A stretch of 64,000 bases of DNA from a virus. The stretch is from the IMG/VR virus record IMGVR_UViG_3300045988_132388; one strand, 5' to 3'. Position 1 is the first letter of the stretch. Every line of letters begins with the position of its first letter. Below the pieces are notes generated by a model, which saw only the letters and a program-made list of their open reading frames with translations, was not told the origin of the DNA and did no database searches. Shown piece after piece: positions 8,205 through 14,928 of this stretch. The position numbers were made by a program, and so were the translations under genes.

Positions 8205-8350
8205 TGACTGCGGAGTGATTTTCGCGCAATACTTGCTCTAACCAGCTGAGCTACTTTTCTTCCGAAAAGAAAAGATAGGATTCGAACCTATGACCTCGTG
8301 AGACACGTTTCGGAAAAACGTATGATTCACTAAAAAGAAAACTCCGTATG
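8205..8350 (-). ncRNA. circularly permuted tRNA-like RNA (YrlA/Y-RNA-like topology)
   Basis: The minus strand from 8300 to 8231 reads AGGTC ATAGG-TTCGAAT-CCTAT CTTTTCTT-TTCGG-AAGAAAAG TA GCTC-AGCTGGTTA-GAGC A. In order this gives variable loop, T arm, both acceptor strands closed by a loop, U8-A9, D arm and A26. There is no anticodon arm. The flanks (8337-8346 and 8211-8223) are complementary. Outer boundaries are approximate. Confidence 0.6.
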
Positions 8351-8426
8351 CTATCAGTGTGAGGGTCAGTTTCACGGTACAAAACCTTCAGTCTGACCTT
8401 ACCCACCTCGTATTATATTTTATGTT

Positions 8427-9350
8427 TTACAAACCGTTGACCTCCGCATATATTCCCTGGAGATTATTAGGGATGATAATGCGCAGAGACGTTATCTCTT
8501 TGATTTCTTCCTGTTGCCACTCAACGAACATCGTCTGTAATCTCGACATTTCGGTATCGAAATTGTTTCTCTTTTCTTGATGTTCTGCATACTTCTTCTT
8601 GTATTCAGCCAATCGCTTGCTGTACTCCTTCTCGGCTTCAATGCGGAAACGATGCTCAATACCATTAAACTCAGCTTGCAATGCTCGATATTCGCCCTGA
8701 AGCTGAAAGAAGGTCCTGTTCAGTCGGTCGATGGTACCGGGTTCAACATTATAAGAGAACACGACCATATCGCGGCCTTCACCTTCTATCTCCGTAGGAT
8801 TAGCCAGACGGTGTGACACTCTCTTCAAGGCCAGAGGCAACAGTCCGTCGGGATGAATATACTTACCATACACCGCCATCTTGGTTTTCAACTCAATATA
8901 GCGGTTGCGATCCTTTACGTTCAGAATCTCGTTGCCCACCTTGTCAATATCGGAAACGGGGTCAGGAGCAACCGGCTTTTCAGGAAGAGTAATATTGTGA
9001 TCGTCAGCCCACACCATGAAGTTGCAGTCTTGCACTGACTTCAAACCTTTCTCACGTTCATTGATAGCCTCACGCAGCCAACCGATAAGGGCATTGCACT
9101 GAGCTACGCGACGTATAACATCGGGAATAGCATCAAGGGTGTCAAGAGGGGCTTCCACAATCGACGGCTGTGTATCCCCAAGCAGACGTGCGCTCTTGGT
9201 GTAAAGACGTAAGGTATCAGCCTGCGCTAAGATGCGCTGCGCATACTCTTTAGCCATGTTTGCAACATGGTTAGCAGATGTGGCTGTCAAACCTTCTTTC
9301 GCAAAAAATACTTTGTTCATATATATCGTTTTTTGTTCGTATTTTAACAT
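8427..9350 (-). CDS. hypothetical protein
   Basis: 307-aa ORF. An alternative start exists at the Met 10 codons downstream. No motif recognised. Confidence 0.7.
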   Translation of the reverse strand: MLKYEQKTIYMNKVFFAKEGLTATSANHVANMAKEYAQRILAQADTLRLYTKSARLLGDTQPSIVEAPLDTLDAIPDVIRRVAQCNALIGWLREAINEREKGLKSVQDCNFMVWADDHNITLPEKPVAPDPVSDIDKVGNEILNVKDRNRYIELKTKMAVYGKYIHPDGLLPLALKRVSHRLANPTEIEGEGRDMVVFSYNVEPGTIDRLNRTFFQLQGEYRALQAEFNGIEHRFRIEAEKEYSKRLAEYKKKYAEHQEKRNNFDTEMSRLQTMFVEWQQEEIKEITSLRIIIPNNLQGIYAEVNGL

Positions 9351-9380
9351 TTTAGCAATCAGTAGAGAATCATAAGACCA

Positions 9381-9409
9381 CCGTAAGACATCCGTAAGCT
9401 ATCCGTAAA
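9381..9409 (-). promoter_or_regulatory. three CCGTAA(G/A) boxes at 11-bp spacing upstream of the 8427..9350 gene
   Basis: Boxes lie at 9381-9387, 9392-9398 and 9403-9409. On the coding (minus) strand they read TTACGG(A/T), which shares TACGGAT with the iteron core at 49.2 kb. Confidence 0.4.
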
Positions 9410-9514
9410 GGACGCATAGAAGGTGTTTTTAGTTAAAAATCCTTCCGATTTACTGTGTCTGCAACTGTTCTAAAAAGAAACATCTTACTACATATCTTAA
9501 TCAATTTCGTCACT

Positions 9515-10618
9515 TCAATTCGTTCTTCCATATATTTCCCGCAGTTCTTCACGTGTAAGGAAAATATCACTCTTATGACACATTTTTATGAAAGTGTTTT
9601 CTGTTACTTTCGGATAATTGGCAAACTGCGGCCACATTCTTCTTAACTCCGACTCACGACGAGCATTAGAATCTGGTGGACGGAAACGTGATATACGTCT
9701 CCACATATCCAGTCCTGCCACATGGTCAATGCTATATAAAGAAATGCCACACTTCACCCACTCTTCATAATTACCCATAATGTCAATACCTTTTGCTTCT
9801 ATCTTGCTCACCAAACGCTGAGCCTTGAGGTAAACAATATCGGGAGTATCATCCTCCCAAGAAAATTTGCGGTATCCAGGATTACAACCCGAAGCACCAT
9901 TCGACACGTGCGAAAAGGTTCGATGATAACATGGCGCTGGTGTCAGTTCCACTTCGCTTACATTAAGCCCCTTGTACGCCACGGCACCTTTATTTATATA
10001 TATATGCCCAGGATCATCCCACGAGGCAAAGCGTACACGACCAATATTGCCACACTGTCTGTCGAGCATAATACCGAAAGCAGCATACTCTTTTAGTAGG
10101 GCTTTAAATTGTTCCTTATGTCGGTCCGGATAAGCAAGACGTACTAAGCCGAAACATCCCATACCACTACACGAACGCATCAATAAGGCTATCTCAGGGC
10201 GGAACTGGCAGACCATGCGGATATTCTCGAAATTGCTCAGTTGAGCATTATCTGCCAAGTCAATGTCTATGGCGAGCCATCCGGTATGCTGCTTCAGATG
10301 GGTTTCACGGCGCGACACAGGGGCGATATATTTGCTTCCGTCACGACGAGTACATTCGTCGTTGCGTATCTCAAAGAGTCCGCTCAATGTAGCACCAGGT
10401 AATCGCTTCTTGGTTTTAATATACTCAGGCATTTTCTTTGCCTTGGCTCCATACTCCTGGCGCAGGGCGCGAAGATGCTCCACATACGGCTTCCACCTTT
10501 CCGTCAGACAAAACTCACGGATAGACATCTGCTGAATACACTCCCCTGTCTCTTGGTCTACATATCGACCTACATTGTCAAGTGCGTCAGAATATATGGA
10601 ACATATCTCGTCGAACAT
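9515..10618 (-). CDS. VirE-N/BT4734-like primase-type domain protein
   Basis: 367 aa. TGWLAIDIDL, MRSCSGMGCFGLVRL and GRVRFASWDD resemble the primase-polymerase-like domain common in Bacteroidota mobile elements. The family call is from memory. Confidence 0.55.
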   Translation of the reverse strand: MFDEICSIYSDALDNVGRYVDQETGECIQQMSIREFCLTERWKPYVEHLRALRQEYGAKAKKMPEYIKTKKRLPGATLSGLFEIRNDECTRRDGSKYIAPVSRRETHLKQHTGWLAIDIDLADNAQLSNFENIRMVCQFRPEIALLMRSCSGMGCFGLVRLAYPDRHKEQFKALLKEYAAFGIMLDRQCGNIGRVRFASWDDPGHIYINKGAVAYKGLNVSEVELTPAPCYHRTFSHVSNGASGCNPGYRKFSWEDDTPDIVYLKAQRLVSKIEAKGIDIMGNYEEWVKCGISLYSIDHVAGLDMWRRISRFRPPDSNARRESELRRMWPQFANYPKVTENTFIKMCHKSDIFLTREELREIYGRTN

Positions 10619-10807
10619 ATCTTTTACACTCCTTATTGTTTTCGGTTACAAAATTAAAAAATACATTTCACTCCAACAAACATTTTGTCTTTTTATTTGA
10701 GTGTCACATACTTTTTAACTTTTATAGTTCTATTAGTTAAGGGTTATACCTAATATTAAGCCAAGTAATATTCATAAACATCAGTTTCGCCCCAACCTTT
10801 ATATATA

Positions 10808-10815
10808 TACCTTTG
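10808..10815 (+). promoter_or_regulatory. Bacteroidota-type -7 promoter box TACCTTTG
   Basis: Matches the TAnnTTTG consensus and lies 43 nt upstream of the ATG at 10858, at the head of the plus-strand block. Confidence 0.5.
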
Positions 10816-10857
10816 CCACAAGTCCGATAATGGACGAAACTAAACAACACAAACACT

Positions 10858-11367
10858 ATGCAGATTAAAACGCAAAACGGCGACTATGACGTTGCCAGCA
10901 AGGGACTGGGCAATACAGCTCTCGGTCTCGGCATCGCAGGATTGGCTACCAGTCTGTTAGGCGGTGGTGCAATGCTCGGTGGTCTTGGAAATGGCAAACA
11001 AATGACTGCCAACCCTAACGACCCCGACGCAAGGTTCGTAACCAAGAGCGAGACTAACCTGATCCAGGAGAACTCTACTCTCAAAACGGAACTTGCTATC
11101 CAGAAGAGTGAAAACTACACAGACAAGAAGCTTGTAGAGGTGACACAGTATATCGACACGAAGCTGCGCCGTGTGGAAGACAAGGTTGATGCCAACAAGG
11201 ACGCACAGCAAGCCGTGAACGCACAGCAGATGGCTTACAATGCCGCTGCAAATGCAAACATCGACGTGCTGAAGTCACAGGTGGCAGCACTGAACGGTGT
11301 CACTAAACTCTTTGTACCGTCATCTAATGTCTGTCAGACGGGATGCGGTTGTGGTTGCAACGCATAA
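10858..11367 (+). CDS. hypothetical Gly-rich membrane / coiled-coil protein with a C-terminal CQTGCGCGCNA tail
   Basis: 169 aa. It has a hydrophobic Gly-rich N-terminus (GLGIAGLATSLLGGGAMLGGLG), a coiled-coil middle and a Cys-Gly tail. Confidence 0.7.
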   Translation: MQIKTQNGDYDVASKGLGNTALGLGIAGLATSLLGGGAMLGGLGNGKQMTANPNDPDARFVTKSETNLIQENSTLKTELAIQKSENYTDKKLVEVTQYIDTKLRRVEDKVDANKDAQQAVNAQQMAYNAAANANIDVLKSQVAALNGVTKLFVPSSNVCQTGCGCGCNA

Positions 11368-11380
11368 AACGTGAAGTGAT

Positions 11381-11803
11381 ATGGAATATTCTAATTCACA
11401 AATCTTGGCAGCAGTCGTGTCCGAATGGGCGCGACCTGCCATTTCACAGATTGCCGCAGGTAACATCATGCGTCTGCCTATGCTCCAATCGCTGCAAGCT
11501 ACTATCGGCTCGCTCGGACTGGTAAGCGGAACGTATAACCTACAGAAGGATATAGAACCGCTCATCCAACCTGTAGTCAACTCACTGGTTACTCCAATGC
11601 TCACGCGCTACTTCAGACAGATACCGGAAGAAAGTATTCCGCAGATGGCGCACGACATTGTGGAGAAGATTCGCTACAACGGACCGCTATCCGTTCTCGA
11701 AGGCGTGATAACGTTTGACGAGGAAGACCTGGATGAACTTGCTGACCTCTTGCAGAAAAACCTGCCGGTGGAAAGTGTAGACCATTACCAGGTTAAGAGA
11801 TAA
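11381..11803 (+). CDS. hypothetical protein
   Basis: 140-aa ORF starting 13 nt after the previous stop. Confidence 0.65.
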   Translation: MEYSNSQILAAVVSEWARPAISQIAAGNIMRLPMLQSLQATIGSLGLVSGTYNLQKDIEPLIQPVVNSLVTPMLTRYFRQIPEESIPQMAHDIVEKIRYNGPLSVLEGVITFDEEDLDELADLLQKNLPVESVDHYQVKR

Positions 11804-11860
11804 GTTTACTAACATAAGCGTCGGCTCGCATCGTCGCTATATTAAAACACAAATAAGAAT

Positions 11861-12283
11861 ATGAACAAACGTACTATTCCGGCTATTATTACAGCCACGC
11901 TTGCAGTAGGCGCAACAGCCACTGCTCCCTATTATGACGTGAATATCACACAGCAGCTCTGTACTCCGGCTTGTGTGGACGAGACACCCGTGTTTACTCC
12001 CTCATTCTCGGTAAAGAGTATTGCAAAAGTGGGTACATCGCAATACCTTGTAGTACTCCATGTGGAAGGTGTTATCAACTATGTTCCGTGTAACTGTGGC
12101 ACATGCTGCACTCGCTCGCAGATGGTAAGTCAAGATTTCACCATTCCGGTATTCAGTGCTACCGACATCAATAGCGTCACACCTACCATCGGCGCGGTAC
12201 AGAACGGTATCGCCAGGATTGCCTGCTGCTCATGCAGCAAGACTTTCGTATCGGATGCACCCCTCACCTTAACCATCGCATAG
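11861..12283 (+). CDS. hypothetical secreted Cys-rich protein
   Basis: 140 aa. It has a signal-peptide-like N-terminus (MNKRTIPAIITATLAVGATATA) and clustered Cys (CNCGTCCT, CCSCS). Confidence 0.7.
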   Translation: MNKRTIPAIITATLAVGATATAPYYDVNITQQLCTPACVDETPVFTPSFSVKSIAKVGTSQYLVVLHVEGVINYVPCNCGTCCTRSQMVSQDFTIPVFSATDINSVTPTIGAVQNGIARIACCSCSKTFVSDAPLTLTIA

Positions 12284-12284
12284 C

Positions 12285-12581
12285 ATGCCTATGTTCCTGT
12301 TGACAAGCATGATCCTGATGGTATCCGTGAATCTCATTCACCATCTCGGACTGGCTCAGGCTGTTGCCGAGGTGGTGGATAAGATACTGGGATGCAGCCA
12401 ATGCTTGACGTTCTGGAGCGTTATTGCCGGACTGACATATCTCGGTCAGGACATTATTACGGCGGTATTCCTTGCTATCACGATGGCTTACCTATCTAAT
12501 TGGTTTGGACTGATATTATTGTATCTCCAAAGAAAATTCACTACATTGTATGAAAGAGAAAAAGATAAAAAAGCAAGATGA
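12285..12581 (+). CDS. small integral membrane protein (possible holin-like)
   Basis: 98 aa with three hydrophobic segments and a basic C-terminus (REKDKKAR). It starts 1 nt after the previous stop. Confidence 0.65.
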   Translation: MPMFLLTSMILMVSVNLIHHLGLAQAVAEVVDKILGCSQCLTFWSVIAGLTYLGQDIITAVFLAITMAYLSNWFGLILLYLQRKFTTLYEREKDKKAR

Positions 12582-12696
12582 AAGTAAGCCAATGGAGAAA
12601 TCTTCCGGCTTTCAACGGCATACAACATTCGCTACTTTGGTGCCGATAATTCCCAAATTCAAGGGCATCTGCCCTAATTGTTAAAACAAAAAGAAA

Positions 12697-13194
12697 ATGA
12701 AATACATTCAATTAATAGAACAGGCTCGCGCCACTGGAGTGGCGAACGAGAGTAAAATGAACGCGGCCATCGCGCAGATGTCGTGCGACCTTGAAAGCGT
12801 AAAGAACGAGAAACCAAACTTGTTTTGGCGTATTATGCGTCATCAGCATGCTGTACTCTATGACCGCCACTACAGCGAGAAGTTTGCCAATCATGACGTG
12901 AATTGTCTGGAGTATGGTGAACCGGATGAAGAGGGTATGCCCACCCTGCATGGCGCACATTGGACACGTTCGCAGGTTATGGAAGCTACACGCGACCTTG
13001 AGTTTCATCCAAAGGTGAACAACTGGGACAAATATGTAGCCTTCAATGCCATGTACGCCGACCTCTGCACCGACATGAAAGAGGAAGAGATAATCACGGC
13101 AGCATACCTGTTTTACTTCCGTGATGCCGACTGGCAGACGGATGATGATTGCACTAAGATATGGGATTACATGTCCTTACATGCAACAATGTAA
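12697..13194 (+). CDS. hypothetical protein
   Basis: 165-aa ORF, last gene of the plus block, followed by a hairpin. Confidence 0.7.
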   Translation: MKYIQLIEQARATGVANESKMNAAIAQMSCDLESVKNEKPNLFWRIMRHQHAVLYDRHYSEKFANHDVNCLEYGEPDEEGMPTLHGAHWTRSQVMEATRDLEFHPKVNNWDKYVAFNAMYADLCTDMKEEEIITAAYLFYFRDADWQTDDDCTKIWDYMSLHATM

Positions 13195-13227
13195 AATGAC
13201 TTTTTGCTAAAAAGAATAAAGCATCAA

Positions 13228-13272
13228 AAAAGTCCCTCGCGCCATTCATTATGCCGCAAAGGGACTTTCATT
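13228..13272 (+). terminator. stem-loop terminator candidate
   Basis: AAAGTCCCT (13228-13236) pairs with AGGGACTTT (13260-13268) and a T-rich tail follows. Confidence 0.5.
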
Positions 13273-13348
13273 ATGCAACAAAAAACTTATTTTATCTTTC
13301 TATTAGTATTTCTTTTTACTAATAAGTCTAACATAAGCGGAATTTATC

Positions 13349-13356
13349 TACCTTTG
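13349..13356 (+). promoter_or_regulatory. Bacteroidota-type -7 promoter box TACCTTTG
   Basis: TAnnTTTG match 42 nt upstream of the LysR-family gene ATG. Confidence 0.5.
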
Positions 13357-13397
13357 TATTCATAAAACTTACATTCTTTCATTTAAAAACAATAACT

Positions 13398-14303
13398 ATG
13401 GAACTACGACATCTACGATCTTTTGTTTATGTGGCGGAAACTCTTTCATTTTCTGTCGCCGCCGACCGATGTTGCGTCACGCAATCGGCAATCAGTCAAC
13501 ACATCAAAACCCTGGAGGAAGAGCTGGGATGCAAACTACTAATTCGTACCTCGCACGACATTACGCTTACAGAATACGGCGAAGCTCTTTTGCCTCGCGC
13601 AAAGGACATACTAAAGCAGACCGCCGACTGTAAAGAACATATACATGCACTAAACAACTGCATGACCGGTGAGTTGCGTATTGGTGTTGGTTCGTTTATC
13701 GCTCCATATATCCGCGAGGCTGCAATCATTTTTATGGAGCGTTACCCTAACGTAAGGCTTAATGCTGAAATGACAAAAGCCACCAGCCTGAACCATCTGT
13801 TACGCAACCACGAACTCGACATAGCGTTCACGATGAACACAGCATATAAGAATGAGGGTATTGAATCTATACCGTGCATACCCTTCCATATCTACGCCAT
13901 AATGCGCAACACCCATCCATTGGCAAAACTGCCGGAGGTGTCATATAAGGATATGCTCTGCCACAGCGTTATTATGCCGGCTGTGGGGGAACGTGTGTTC
14001 AATACCTTTCAGCAATATATGCGACACGACCTTACGAAGCTCAACATCAAGTGTATAGTAAGTGATCCTGACGAAGACCTTGCTATCGTGGAGGAAAAAC
14101 AAAGCATAACTTTTATGCCTAAGCTTTATCTGAAGAACCACCCTACCCTCGTTGCCAAACCTATTGCTGAACTAAAGACAGCCCTTATGAGTAATGCTCA
14201 CTATATGCAGGACGTGCCTCTCAAACGCTCCGCACAGATATTCCTTGACATTATAAGACAAGAAGCAATACCATATATCCAGGAATTGGAGAAAACCTAT
14301 TGA
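13398..14303 (+). CDS. LysR-family transcriptional regulator
   Basis: 301 aa. The N-terminal wHTH signature is MELRHLRSFVYVAETLSFSVAADRCCVTQSAISQHIKTLEEELGCKLLIRT, and a C-terminal effector-binding-size domain follows. Confidence 0.9.
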   Translation: MELRHLRSFVYVAETLSFSVAADRCCVTQSAISQHIKTLEEELGCKLLIRTSHDITLTEYGEALLPRAKDILKQTADCKEHIHALNNCMTGELRIGVGSFIAPYIREAAIIFMERYPNVRLNAEMTKATSLNHLLRNHELDIAFTMNTAYKNEGIESIPCIPFHIYAIMRNTHPLAKLPEVSYKDMLCHSVIMPAVGERVFNTFQQYMRHDLTKLNIKCIVSDPDEDLAIVEEKQSITFMPKLYLKNHPTLVAKPIAELKTALMSNAHYMQDVPLKRSAQIFLDIIRQEAIPYIQELEKTY

Positions 14304-14847
14304 AGATGCGAGAAACGGCAGAGAAAAATGAACTTTACCGCTTCTCGTGAACATTTTTGCCCTCAAAAGTTCAAAAATGATTTCTACCCTATTGTTAATT
14401 TTCCTTTTATTGTTCAAAAACGCTCTATGGAGTTCACGTCGTGACCCCCATTTGACCGCTATTTGAATACTCTCAAAAAGGTTTTTTTTGCCTAATTTTC
14501 AACTACTTATTATATATAAAGTTCAAAAAATAAATTATTTTCTTGGTTTTCAGGAGCGTAAAGACAACAAAAAAATATAAAAATATAGAAATATATGGCG
14601 AAAAAACCTCTTTTTCGAGCCGTTTGCCTTTCCTCTTAACTATCGAAAACGATTTGATTATCAGATGTTTACGGCATAGCCGTGAATGCTACTCACTTAT
14701 TGTTTGAGGTCGGGGGATTTTGAAAAGGGCAAAATAAAAATGGTCGGAAAATTTTAAAGTCAGTAGTGAAACGGGGAGATTTTTGGACTTTTGGACTTCT
14801 GTGGGCGAAAAAAGACGCGTTTTCGACGATGGAAGTCCACTAAAATA

Positions 14848-14886
14848 AAAGACCGTCACGTCATCACGACGGGGCGGTCTTTTTTA
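14848..14886. terminator. bidirectional stem-loop terminator
   Basis: AAAGACCG (14848-14855) pairs with CGGTCTTT (14875-14882). T/A runs flank both sides. It sits at the convergence of the LysR unit and the tape measure gene. Confidence 0.6.
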
Positions 14887-14928
14887 ATGTTTGCTATATG
14901 AAAACTATCGAAATGTTCTTTTTGCGTT

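Noticed and set aside
8231-8300. Two ordinary tandem tRNA genes, or a functional permuted tRNA gene
   Set aside because: Neither half has its missing partner. There is no T arm downstream of the D-arm half and no acceptor or D arm upstream of the T-arm half. The sequence after position 26 (AGTATTGCGCG...) cannot form an anticodon stem-loop with U33. It is therefore reported as a tRNA mimic rather than a tRNA.
8205-8350. attP-type tRNA fragment marking an integration site, or a two-piece tmRNA
   Set aside because: An attP core would carry only the 3' part of a tRNA, whereas here both acceptor strands are present and pair with each other. The D arm is fully canonical, unlike the reduced tmRNA D region, and no tag reading frame or integrase is nearby.
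14172-14417. Minus-strand 81-aa ORF overlapping the LysR gene 3' end
   Set aside because: It is antisense to a confident gene and extends into AT-rich non-coding DNA. The translation is low-complexity.
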